Assembly: GCA_965200875.1 (NCBI GenBank)
Contig: OZ241456.1
Location: 64,001 to 128,000 of the forward strand
Direction of reading: 5' to 3'
Length of the DNA: 64,000 bases
From: Bdellovibrionales bacterium
GTDB lineage: Bacteria > Bdellovibrionota > Bdellovibrionia > Bdellovibrionales > UBA1609
Part shown: positions 39,502 through 49,028 of the stretch, piece after piece
Position numbering within the stretch: the stretch's first letter is position 1
Layout of the letters: each line of letters starts with the position of its first letter
The notes under the pieces: model-generated
What the model was told of the DNA's origin: nothing
Databases searched by the model: none
Seen by the model: only the letters and a program-made list of their open reading frames with translations
Position numbers and translations under genes: made by a program

Positions 39502-40449
39502 GTGAGTGAAAAAAAAAATTATTATCAAGTTTTAAAAGTTTCCCCTCTTGCAAGCCTGCCCACGATCAAAAAGTCTTATCGGAAGCTTGTGCAAATTCAT
39601 CACCCGGATAAAAATCCCAATGATCCCAAAGCCGAAGAAACCTTTAAAGCCATCAACGAAGCTTATGAAGTGTTAAGTGACACCTTTAAAAGAAAGGATT
39701 TCGATCGACAGATAAAAAAAGAAAAAGAAGCCACAGAAAAAAAAAGGGCCACACCCATTTACAGGTACGATTCCTTCCACACTCCTTTTGATGAAAGACC
39801 TAGTGAAGGATTAGGATCTGCCTCTTCTGCCCCTCCGGGAGATATCTCTAAAAATTTTACAGGGCGAAAGTCAGTTTCTGATCAAATCTGCGGAACAGTG
39901 GAAATTTCTCTGGAAGAAGCCACTTTGGGATGTGAAAAAAAAATTTCCGGGAAAATCCTCCGAAACAGAACTTTACAAACAACAAACTTCACGGTTCATA
40001 TTCCTCCTGGGGTCGAAGAAACACAAAAAATAAAACTTAAGTCGCATAAAAAGTTAAAAAACTTATATGTGTCCATTGCCTATAAAAAACACCCTCTGTT
40101 CAAAAAGGATGAAAAAAACATATTAATGAACCTGCCCATTCCTTTTACAAAAGCCATTCTAGGGGGCCGAGTGGAAATTCCCACTTTAAGAGGTAAAATT
40201 TCCTTTAACCTCCCACCTGGAGTACATGCAGGCCATATCATTCAGTTAAAAAATCAGGGCTTTCCATCTCTCACCGAGCACCGGAAAAGAGGAAATATGT
40301 TGATCAGCTTACTTATTGATGTCCCTTCCAATTTATCTGAAGAAGAAAAAACAGAAATAAAGAAACTCAAAAATAAAGATCTTTTATGTCCAAAAGTTGC
40401 TGAATTTGATATAAAAGCAAAACTGCTTCTCAAAAAAAGGCAAAAATGA
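39502..40449 (+). CDS. DnaJ/CbpA-like co-chaperone without Zn finger
   Basis: J-domain with HPD and a DnaJ_C domain (ISLEEA.LG, AILGG.VEIPTL); no CxxCxGxG repeats. GTG start at 39502. Confidence 0.88.
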   Translation: MSEKKNYYQVLKVSPLASLPTIKKSYRKLVQIHHPDKNPNDPKAEETFKAINEAYEVLSDTFKRKDFDRQIKKEKEATEKKRATPIYRYDSFHTPFDERPSEGLGSASSAPPGDISKNFTGRKSVSDQICGTVEISLEEATLGCEKKISGKILRNRTLQTTNFTVHIPPGVEETQKIKLKSHKKLKNLYVSIAYKKHPLFKKDEKNILMNLPIPFTKAILGGRVEIPTLRGKISFNLPPGVHAGHIIQLKNQGFPSLTEHRKRGNMLISLLIDVPSNLSEEEKTEIKKLKNKDLLCPKVAEFDIKAKLLLKKRQK

Positions 40450-42458
40450 AAACAACTCTTCTTTTATTTTTTCTATTTTACCCGTCCTGTACCCTGCTCT
40501 CCAAACTAAAAAACCCCTCTGAAAAAAAAACACCCCTCAAATCCGAAGTTATAAAGCCACAAAAAAAGAAACAATCTTTGGAATCTCAAATTGTCACTAA
40601 AGCCAAAAAGCAGATATTATCCAGACCTTTAACGGAAAAACAGGTAAAAAACCTGAAAAAAATTTTAAAAGCCAAACAGTCTGCGCGCTCCAAAGAACCT
40701 CTCAGAATGATTCTGGGCCAACACTTTTTTAAAAAATCCTCCCACAAAATCGCCTTGTCTTATTATTCCCAAGTCACCAAGCAACCCTGGAAAACCAAAG
40801 CTCTTTTGCAAAAAGCAAAAATTTATTACCAGAAAAACAAGCCCAAAAAAGCTCTTCATTTTATTGAGCTTTTTTTGGAAGAAGATCCTGCCACTCCAGA
40901 TCTTTTAGTGAAGGCTTATTTGCTGAAGCTGGCTCTTATCTCCAACAACTCCTCCCCTGACGATATGGAATTATTAAAAATTTATTGCCATATACTCCAC
41001 CACAAAAATGAAAAAACCTCTATCTACAAAGAAAAAGCAAAGAACCTTGTTTTCAGGATAAAAAAAGCTCACTTGCTGGACATCAAATCAGAGGATTTTA
41101 TTAAACCTGTTCAAGATCTTGTGTTTTTCCGTGTCGGAAAAATTTTGTTTCACAGAGGAAAATTCAAAAAAGCGGGTGTTTATTTTAAAAAGTTTTTACG
41201 AATTTCCACGGAAAGCACTCTGGAAGAAAAAACCTTAAAATATCTTCAAGCTATTGAATCTCGGAAAAAGGTAAACCGAAGACATATTGGAGCTGTTTTT
41301 CCTCTTAGTGGACCTTCCGCCCATATTGGAAAAAGAAGCCTGAACGGATTAAAAATGGGATTGGGGTTTTATGTAAACAAGGAAAGCCATTTTCAACTCA
41401 CAGTTTTAGATAGCCAAGGACAACCGGATAAAGCCCGCAAAGCCGTTCAAACATTGGTGACAAAACATCATGTCATAGCCATTGTGGGGGGGGTGTTAAG
41501 CAATACCGCCAAGGCCCTGGCCGAAGAAACAGAGAATTTTGGTGTACCCGCTATATTAATGTCACAAAAATCAGAGCTTACAAAAACCGGTCGCTATATT
41601 TTTCAAAATGGCCTAACTTCAGCCCTTTCCGCCAGAATACTGACCGATTATCTGATTAATGAACTGAATATCAAAAATTTTGCCATTTTATATCCCAATG
41701 ACCCTTATGGAGTGGATTACGCCAACGCTTTTTGGTCCGCCGTGGAACGAAAAGGAGGGAAAATAACGGGAGTGCAATTCTACAAGCCCGGCGAAACCGA
41801 CTTTAACGAACCTATAAGACGATTAACCGGCCTCTATTACTTAAAAGACAGAGTAAAAGAATATAAAGATAACCTAGAGTCTTGGTATTTAAAACAGTCT
41901 TATGTGTCCAAAAGAAAGGCTCCTCCTTTGGAAAGTCTTTTAATGCCAGTAGTGAATTTTGAAGTTTTATTCATCCCCGATTCCTTAAAAACCTTAAGTC
42001 TTATCGCCCCTCATATTGCTTATAACGACATAAAAAATATAAAACTAGCCGGACCTTCCTTATGGAATCAAAAAAATTTTTTTAAAAAACACTTAAAGTA
42101 CATGGATAATATTGTTTTTCCAGATCCTGGTTTATCCACAGATAAATTTAAAAAAACACATTTTTACAAACAATTCAGTGAGATATTTCATCAAACCCCA
42201 GGGCTTTTCGAAGTCCTAGCTTATGAATCCGCTCTTGCACTGAATCAGGTTATTTCCAGTGGAGCTGATACCCGTAGTGAACTGCGAAAAGATTTGGCAA
42301 GCCTTAAAAGTTTTCATGGACCTATGGGGGAAACAGTTATTTCTCCGAAAAGAGAATTTTTACGACCCATAAACATTTTAAAACTGAAAAATAATATTTT
42401 ACTCCCGGTTAAAACCCCAGCTATGAATCAAAATAACACCCCACAAAAAACCATTTAA
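40446..42458 (+). CDS. LpoA/LppC-like lipoprotein (TPR plus type-I periplasmic-binding fold)
   Basis: Lipobox-like PSC, TPR-like helices, then IGAVFPLSG..A..G and AILYPND.YG. Confidence 0.75.
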   Translation: MKTTLLLFFLFYPSCTLLSKLKNPSEKKTPLKSEVIKPQKKKQSLESQIVTKAKKQILSRPLTEKQVKNLKKILKAKQSARSKEPLRMILGQHFFKKSSHKIALSYYSQVTKQPWKTKALLQKAKIYYQKNKPKKALHFIELFLEEDPATPDLLVKAYLLKLALISNNSSPDDMELLKIYCHILHHKNEKTSIYKEKAKNLVFRIKKAHLLDIKSEDFIKPVQDLVFFRVGKILFHRGKFKKAGVYFKKFLRISTESTLEEKTLKYLQAIESRKKVNRRHIGAVFPLSGPSAHIGKRSLNGLKMGLGFYVNKESHFQLTVLDSQGQPDKARKAVQTLVTKHHVIAIVGGVLSNTAKALAEETENFGVPAILMSQKSELTKTGRYIFQNGLTSALSARILTDYLINELNIKNFAILYPNDPYGVDYANAFWSAVERKGGKITGVQFYKPGETDFNEPIRRLTGLYYLKDRVKEYKDNLESWYLKQSYVSKRKAPPLESLLMPVVNFEVLFIPDSLKTLSLIAPHIAYNDIKNIKLAGPSLWNQKNFFKKHLKYMDNIVFPDPGLSTDKFKKTHFYKQFSEIFHQTPGLFEVLAYESALALNQVISSGADTRSELRKDLASLKSFHGPMGETVISPKREFLRPINILKLKNNILLPVKTPAMNQNNTPQKTI

Positions 42459-42545
42459 CAGCTTTAAGTCTGTGCTTAATTTTCTTAAAAAAGACCTTCT
42501 CACTGGACCTCTGATTATATTTTAAGGTTTTATTAAGAGTTTAAC

Positions 42546-42572
42546 TAAAGCCTTTTTTACTTTATCCGATAG
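42546..42572 (+). promoter_or_regulatory. sigma28/FliA-like promoter upstream of lon
   Basis: TAAA(G)-N15-TCCGATAG. Confidence 0.5.
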
Positions 42573-42598
42573 AGAAAAGAAGAGAGAAGGAAAAACCA

Positions 42599-44995
42599 AT
42601 GGAAAATAAAATTCATATCCCAAACACTTTGCCTCTGCTCCCTGTGAGGGATGCTGTTGTTTTCCCTTATATGCTTTTATCCCTGTATGTGGGAAGAGAA
42701 CAGTCTAAAAAAGCCATAGAAGTTGCTTTAAATAAAAACCGAATCATTTTTCTTTCTTCTCAAAAAAACACGGAAGAGGAAATAATAACCGGAAATTCCA
42801 TTTTCAAAATGGGCACTGTCGCCATTATTTTAAGAATGCGCACCATGAAAGATGGAAGAATGAAAGTTTTGGTGCAAGGTCTTTCACGCGCTTTAATCCA
42901 GGATATTTATGCAAAAAATTCCCATTATGAAGTGAATATCCAGGAAATTCAAGATTTAGAAACCCCGGAGCTTTCTCCAAACATTTTAAATTTAATGAAT
43001 AAAATCAAAGAAACCCTTAAAATCATCGCGACTTTAGGGAGACCTTCCTCCCCCGACTTACAGATGATTTTAGAGGAAGTAAACCAACCGGGAAAACTGG
43101 CTGATCTCATCGCCGGCCACTTTGAATTAAAAACCCATGAAATGCAAAGTATTCTGGAAACAGTCGACACGGAAAAGCGCCTTCATCAACTCCACCGCAT
43201 TTTAAACAAAGAGGTGGAGATTACCCGTATGCAAAACCGCATTAAAAAATTGGTAAAAAACAATTTATCCAATTTTCCAAATGAAGTTAAAATTCAAAAT
43301 CACGATCCTCATTTTACCTCCTCAGATCCTAAAGCCGAGGAAATAAAAGAGCTTGTCCAAAAAGTACACTCTGCTGAAATGCCGGATAAAGCCCAAAAAG
43401 AAACTTTAAAACAAATTTCTCGGTTGGAGAAAATGCACCCGGAATCAAGCGAAGCTTCTATGATCCGAGGTTACTTAGATTGGATTTTAGATCTTCCTTG
43501 GAACAAAGGAACAAAAGACAGTTTGGAGCTAGACCAAGCTAAATATATTCTGGAAAGAGATCACTTTGGTTTGAATGAAGTAAAAGAAAGAATTTTGGAG
43601 TTTTTAGCGGTTAGAAAGCTTAAAACAGATTCCCAGGTAAAAGGACCTATTCTTTGCTTTGTAGGCCCACCGGGAGTGGGAAAAACCTCTCTTGGAAAAA
43701 GCATCGCCACCGCCATGAACAGAAAATATTACCGTATCGCTTTAGGAGGAGTAAAAGACGAAGCGGAAATACGAGGGCACAGACGCACTTATGTGGGAGC
43801 TATGCCGGGGAAAATTATTCAGGCTCTGAAACAAGCACAATCCAACAATCCCATTTTGGTACTGGATGAAGTAGATAAATTAGGTTCAGATTTTAGAGGA
43901 GACCCATCTGCCGCCATGCTCGAAGTACTGGATCCAGAACAAAACTTTGATTTCAGAGATCATTACCTGAATTTAAATTTTGATTTGAGTAAAGTCATGT
44001 TTATTGCCACCGCCAACCTTCTGGAAAATATTCCGTATGCTTTAAGAGATCGCATGGAAATGATCACTCTCTCCGGCTATACATCAAAAGAAAAAGTGGA
44101 AATTACTAAAAAATATATTATTAACAAAGAAGTTCAAAATCATGGCATTAATAAATCAAATATTTCTTTTACAGAAAAAGGGATTAAATATCTGATATCT
44201 CATTACACAAAAGAGGCTGGCTTAAGAAATCTCACCCGGGAAGTAGGATCTCTTTGCCGAAAAATAGCTAAGAAAGTGGTCATGGGAGAAGACTCTCTTT
44301 TTCTTATCACACCTGAAAAAATTCCGGAATTATTAGGACCGGAAAAATATTTAAAAGAAGAGCGGTTAAAAGAAAGCAAAATTGGAGTCAGCACAGGACT
44401 GGCTTGGACACAGGCAGGAGGAGAGATTTTGTATGTGGAGGCTATTCGCATCAGCTCTTCCACAAACAAAGGTATTATTTTGACGGGGCAACTGGGAAAA
44501 GTTATGGAAGAGTCTGCAAAGGCCGCTTATTCTTATGTCCGCATGTACTCCGAAAAAGCAGGTATTTCCTCCAGCTGGTTCAAAAAAAATGAAATCCATA
44601 TTCATCTGCCAGCTGGTGCCACTCCCAAAGATGGTCCTTCAGCCGGTGTTACATTGGCCACGGCCCTTATCAGTTTAATCACAAATACGGCTGTCAGAAA
44701 AGATATTGCCATGACTGGGGAAATTGGCCTTCAGGGACAAGTGCTGGCCGTAGGGGGAGTTAAGGAAAAAGCCCTTGCAGCTTTAAGCCACGGAATTTTA
44801 AATGTTATCCTGCCTTTAAAAAACAAAGCTGATATTGAAAATAAAAATTCAAAAGACAACACTTTAAAAGAACTAAGACAAAAAATGAATTTTATCTTTG
44901 TGGAAAATCTGGATGAAGTGTTTGCCATTGCCCTGAAAAAAGAAACTCATCATCCTCTTAGAGAAAAACCCGCTGTCTCCTCCATAGCTTCTTAA
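42599..44995 (+). CDS. lon: ATP-dependent protease Lon
   Basis: LON_N LPLLPVRD, Walker A GPPGVGKT, RGHRRTY, PKDGPSAG and the catalytic Lys region GVKEK. Confidence 0.97.
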   Translation: MENKIHIPNTLPLLPVRDAVVFPYMLLSLYVGREQSKKAIEVALNKNRIIFLSSQKNTEEEIITGNSIFKMGTVAIILRMRTMKDGRMKVLVQGLSRALIQDIYAKNSHYEVNIQEIQDLETPELSPNILNLMNKIKETLKIIATLGRPSSPDLQMILEEVNQPGKLADLIAGHFELKTHEMQSILETVDTEKRLHQLHRILNKEVEITRMQNRIKKLVKNNLSNFPNEVKIQNHDPHFTSSDPKAEEIKELVQKVHSAEMPDKAQKETLKQISRLEKMHPESSEASMIRGYLDWILDLPWNKGTKDSLELDQAKYILERDHFGLNEVKERILEFLAVRKLKTDSQVKGPILCFVGPPGVGKTSLGKSIATAMNRKYYRIALGGVKDEAEIRGHRRTYVGAMPGKIIQALKQAQSNNPILVLDEVDKLGSDFRGDPSAAMLEVLDPEQNFDFRDHYLNLNFDLSKVMFIATANLLENIPYALRDRMEMITLSGYTSKEKVEITKKYIINKEVQNHGINKSNISFTEKGIKYLISHYTKEAGLRNLTREVGSLCRKIAKKVVMGEDSLFLITPEKIPELLGPEKYLKEERLKESKIGVSTGLAWTQAGGEILYVEAIRISSSTNKGIILTGQLGKVMEESAKAAYSYVRMYSEKAGISSSWFKKNEIHIHLPAGATPKDGPSAGVTLATALISLITNTAVRKDIAMTGEIGLQGQVLAVGGVKEKALAALSHGILNVILPLKNKADIENKNSKDNTLKELRQKMNFIFVENLDEVFAIALKKETHHPLREKPAVSSIAS

Positions 44996-45153
44996 ATTGG
45001 AAAAGGACATAACCTCTTGACTCCAGACCTTTGGTTTATGAATGAAAAACTTTTAAACAGTTTTCTGTTTCAAAATGGGACAAAAAATATTTCTTAAATA
45101 TTTTTTTAAGGTTTTTGTTTGCGCTAATAGATAAAATCAAAGAGACTTAATTT

Positions 45154-46062
45154 ATGAAGTTGTTTTTTGCTTTGCTTTCAGTTTTAATTTTTGTCCAAAA
45201 ATCTTATGCCAATCCTGTTTCTGGTTTAGCCATGCCGGCTATTGATAAAAGCAAAGAAGCAGAACAAGAAAAAACTGCTAAGGGCTTGATAATTGCTTTT
45301 AAGGTGTGGCCTTTGAGTGAGATAGATAAAAGTGCACTTTTAAAGAAAACAAAAGCTCTGGGACTTGAAGAAAAAATTTCTTATTCCCGATTTAAGACTT
45401 ATATATTTGAGTGGGAGGGGTGGCGTGAAAAAAGCCAAGCCGAAAGGGCCTGCGAAAGTTTTTTAAATTTTCCGGGGCTGGATTACTGTGAACCAAATAT
45501 TTTACAAAAGCCTCAAATGGGTAAAATACGAAGACGAAATGATCAAAAAGCCCATAGACAAACACTTAAAAGAAGAGCTGAAATAAATGAAAAAGAACTT
45601 GGAACCAAGAAAGAAGAACCTAAGTCAGATATAAAGCTTAATCCTCAGGAGACCTTTTCAGATACAGAATCGGGAGATGTTCGCACCTGTAAAATCATTT
45701 CCTCTGAATTAAAATTGCAGGGAGGTGAATTATCAGATTATTGGGCGCAGGAGATGATCGGATCTGATTTAATGAGAGAGGAACTTAAACTTCATCCCCC
45801 TGTTAAAAAACACCTTGTGGGAGTGTTTGATACCGCTCACCATTCCAGCCGGCATGATCTAGCCAGTAAACATATCATTTCAGGTGAGGGAAAACAAGCG
45901 GTCCTGCCACCCATAGGTAACAGCATCACCAACTTTGATGTAACTCTCGGAGGGTATAGCTTAGGGCATAGTGAATATTTGTTAAAAACCTCTGAAAACA
46001 GATGTAAACACCTAAAGTCCAAAAAACCGGCAAGCCCACCAAGCCAGAGAGCCGTAAGATGA
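45154..46062 (+). CDS. Secreted protein carrying the N-terminal half of an S8 subtilase (prodomain-like region, Asp and His segments)
   Basis: Signal peptide ending SYA, propeptide-like ...YCEPN, YWAQEMIG, VGVFDT (D226) and RHDLASKHIISG (H234). Confidence 0.65.
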   Translation: MKLFFALLSVLIFVQKSYANPVSGLAMPAIDKSKEAEQEKTAKGLIIAFKVWPLSEIDKSALLKKTKALGLEEKISYSRFKTYIFEWEGWREKSQAERACESFLNFPGLDYCEPNILQKPQMGKIRRRNDQKAHRQTLKRRAEINEKELGTKKEEPKSDIKLNPQETFSDTESGDVRTCKIISSELKLQGGELSDYWAQEMIGSDLMREELKLHPPVKKHLVGVFDTAHHSSRHDLASKHIISGEGKQAVLPPIGNSITNFDVTLGGYSLGHSEYLLKTSENRCKHLKSKKPASPPSQRAVR

Positions 46063-47570
46063 TTAAAGCTTTAAAGTTAAATTTACGATTTTTATTAATA
46101 ATGTTATTTATGGTAACAAGCACTTTTCCAGAAGTGGCTGAATCAGGATTTGTTAAAAAGCGGGTCCAAAAAAAAGTCAGGCCAAGGCCCGATAAATGGC
46201 GAGGTCCCCCTTCTCCTCCCATAAAAACCCCTTCTAAATCACCTATAGTGGCTGACTCAAATCCTTATAGACAATGCCGAGCCACTGTCATGCCCTCCTT
46301 TATCAACCGTTCTATGTCATCGACTGAGACTACCTATCGCTCTCTAAAAGCACTTTCCCCTCCTTCCATTGTAGTTAATTCAGCAGGGAACGCTTATCCA
46401 AAGCCTGTCTCAAAAGTTAATGCAAAAATGAGTAAGGAGTTTAATGCTATTTTAGTAGGTTCTATGTCCCCAGAAGGAATAAAAAGCAAGTTTTCCCAGG
46501 AAGGGGAGGCTGTTACAATTATGGCCCCTTCTGATCACTATCTCACTTCAGCTACCAGCACAGGTCATTATCGAAAATATGGTGGTACAAGTGGAGCAAC
46601 ACCTTTGGTCACAGGAAGCCTAGCTGGTTTTGAGTGGATAGCAGGCTATCACCCCACAGCAGAGGAGGCTAAAATTTTATTAGCTAAAACAGCTATTCCC
46701 ACACCTTATTCCTCAGACAAACCTCAAAAAAATGGGGCAGGCATGGTCAATGCCTATAAATTGGCTATGGTGGGGAAACAATTAAAAAAAACTTGTGGAA
46801 AAAATATATCCTGCTTTAAAGACCAAATAAGAAAAAACGATATTTACCAATTTCCAGAAGACAAAGCAGTGAGTGAAGCTTTAGACAAAGCTTTTCCTTA
46901 TTGCTCTTCCACTTGCACAGCAGAAGACTTAAAAACTCCGCCTTCCTGTGCTAAAAAAGCTAAAGCCTTTAAGAATTTCAGAAAACAAGCTTTTTTAAAC
47001 CCTCAGAATAAAAACCTTTGGAAAAAGATAGCCTGTGTTTATGCTCAAGGGGGTTTCGAAAAAAACAAAACTTTTGCATTGAATATCTATAACTCTATTT
47101 CCGGGAAACCACCACAAACTATTGATCCCCCTCCCCCTATCGGTGGTCACTCTTGTAAGAAAGATTCAGACTGTGTTTTAGCACCCAGTTGTAACATGGG
47201 GATTCAGAAGATTAAAAAGGATGGATCTAGCTCTGATATTCAAAACCCACTACTTACCCTGAATCGCGATTATCAGGAAACACATTATCTCGCTTGTGTA
47301 GAGCACAACGGGAAAATTCCCCTTTGCAATGGTAAATGTCGATGTGATTCCCAGGAAAAAGTATCACCTTCTTCTGCCGAAGCTGGACATATTGCCACTG
47401 CGTCTTGTGTGGATTCCAAGTGTATTATAACGAAAGATTATATTCCTTCTCCACCCCTTTCTTCTCCTCCAAATCCCGGTGGTGGTGAAGTCCCTCCTCC
47501 AGAAAGTGGTGGAAGTGGTGGTGAGACCCCCTCCGGTGGTAGTAGTGGAAACTCTGGTGCTGTTAAATAG
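46059..47570 (+). CDS. Secreted protein carrying the C-terminal half of an S8 subtilase plus a Cys-rich domain
   Basis: Own signal peptide, FINRS, VNSAGN (N111), ILVGS, FSQ.G, I.AP and GGTSGATP (S178). Cys-rich C-terminus and P/G/S tail. Confidence 0.8.
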   Translation: MIKALKLNLRFLLIMLFMVTSTFPEVAESGFVKKRVQKKVRPRPDKWRGPPSPPIKTPSKSPIVADSNPYRQCRATVMPSFINRSMSSTETTYRSLKALSPPSIVVNSAGNAYPKPVSKVNAKMSKEFNAILVGSMSPEGIKSKFSQEGEAVTIMAPSDHYLTSATSTGHYRKYGGTSGATPLVTGSLAGFEWIAGYHPTAEEAKILLAKTAIPTPYSSDKPQKNGAGMVNAYKLAMVGKQLKKTCGKNISCFKDQIRKNDIYQFPEDKAVSEALDKAFPYCSSTCTAEDLKTPPSCAKKAKAFKNFRKQAFLNPQNKNLWKKIACVYAQGGFEKNKTFALNIYNSISGKPPQTIDPPPPIGGHSCKKDSDCVLAPSCNMGIQKIKKDGSSSDIQNPLLTLNRDYQETHYLACVEHNGKIPLCNGKCRCDSQEKVSPSSAEAGHIATASCVDSKCIITKDYIPSPPLSSPPNPGGGEVPPPESGGSGGETPSGGSSGNSGAVK

Positions 47571-47594
47571 CAAGAGGGCCACCAGTCCTGAATA

Positions 47595-49028
47595 TTAGAT
47601 AAAATCAAATAAAAATGGCGCAAGCCCGCTTAGCAAAATAAAAACTGCCAAAAACCCTGAAACCGGTATTAAAAACCGTGGAAAACGAAAAGATCTTTTT
47701 TCTTCCCCCGGTTCCATATACATAAGAGCTATTGGCTTTAAATAATAAAACAAAGCTATGCTGGAACCTAAAATCATCCAAAAAAGCATCCACCAAAGAC
47801 CTCTATCCAATAAACCCTGAAATAAAAACAACTTAGCTATAAATCCTCCGGTTGGCGGAACCCCAGCTAGGCTCAACAAAAACAAAGTAATCAAACAGGC
47901 ATAAAATGGATGGCCATGAGACAAATTTTTCAGCTCTTCCAAATCAAGAGTGGCTGAATCAGCTTTTTCAAAGGGCCTCAAACAAATAAAAATACCTGTT
48001 GTCATACACATATAGACCATCAAATAATAAAACAAAGCCATCTTTCCTATCTGAAAACCCATTTGAGAAGAAATCAATATCATAAGCAGGTACCCTGAAT
48101 GCGCTATTGTGGAAAAAAGCAACATTTTTTTTAAATCTTTTTGCAACAAAGCCACAATATTGCCAAATAAAACACTTAAGACAGCCATCCACTGAAAAAG
48201 AGATAACAACCCGGGACCTCTCAAGGATGTAAAGATATCTTTTGTCCAGTCAAAAAGCAGAACAAATATCACTAACTTAAAGCCTGTTGCCATAAAAACT
48301 AATAAAGGAGTAAAGGCCCCTCGATAAACCTCCGGCAACCAAAAATGAAAAGGGAAGATAGCCATTTTAAATAAAAATCCCACCAATATAAACATTAACC
48401 CTAAAACTAAAAGTCGAGATCTATTCATCAGCTCAGGGCTTTCCTGAAACACTTTTTGTAAATCAAAGTGTCCCACAGAACCCCATACAAAAGAGATGCC
48501 ATAGAGCAAAATTGCACTTGCCACGGAACCCAATACAAAATATTTAAAGCTTGATCTCAAAGCCTCAGAGCCTGTTCGTCCCAAGGCAATTAATAAATAA
48601 AAAGCCAAAGAAGCAAGCTCCAAACCCAAAAAAGCTGTAAGCAAATTCCCCGCCCAAAGCAAAATCAACAAACCAATAAGAGCACCTGTTTTCAAAAACA
48701 ACATTTCAGAAAAGCAAACAACCGGTGATTGAGGATGATGAACGCTCATAACTATCACCACACCCCCTGTAATCAACAAAAGCAAAGAGGCCAAAGCTCT
48801 TATCTGATCAAAAACCAAAGACGCAGAAAAAAGTTTATGTATTGTTTCTCCTTCCGCCGGCCAATTAAGAGCTATGAAAAAAACAGAAGTGAAAATCCCG
48901 GCCAACACAAGACTTGCGGAAATAAAAGGAGAGCTTTCTTTATTTTTCCTGAGCAGTTTAAGACTAATGGGCAAAAGACTGAACAAAAAGAGACACCACA
49001 AAGGAGCACTCAGCAACAGATCATTCAT
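47595..49028 (-). CDS. nuoN: NADH-quinone oxidoreductase subunit N
   Basis: LEL.SL, KYF..G, FK....PFH.W.PEVY and SLAGVPP..GF..K motifs. Start at ATG 49028, overlapping the nuoM stop. Confidence 0.95.
   Translation of the reverse strand: MNDLLLSAPLWCLFLFSLLPISLKLLRKNKESSPFISASLVLAGIFTSVFFIALNWPAEGETIHKLFSASLVFDQIRALASLLLLITGGVVIVMSVHHPQSPVVCFSEMLFLKTGALIGLLILLWAGNLLTAFLGLELASLAFYLLIALGRTGSEALRSSFKYFVLGSVASAILLYGISFVWGSVGHFDLQKVFQESPELMNRSRLLVLGLMFILVGFLFKMAIFPFHFWLPEVYRGAFTPLLVFMATGFKLVIFVLLFDWTKDIFTSLRGPGLLSLFQWMAVLSVLFGNIVALLQKDLKKMLLFSTIAHSGYLLMILISSQMGFQIGKMALFYYLMVYMCMTTGIFICLRPFEKADSATLDLEELKNLSHGHPFYACLITLFLLSLAGVPPTGGFIAKLFLFQGLLDRGLWWMLFWMILGSSIALFYYLKPIALMYMEPGEEKRSFRFPRFLIPVSGFLAVFILLSGLAPFLFDFI

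Noticed and set aside
47450..47560. GGT/CCT-rich low-complexity DNA
   Set aside because: It encodes the Pro/Gly/Ser tail of the protease half and is not a separate element.
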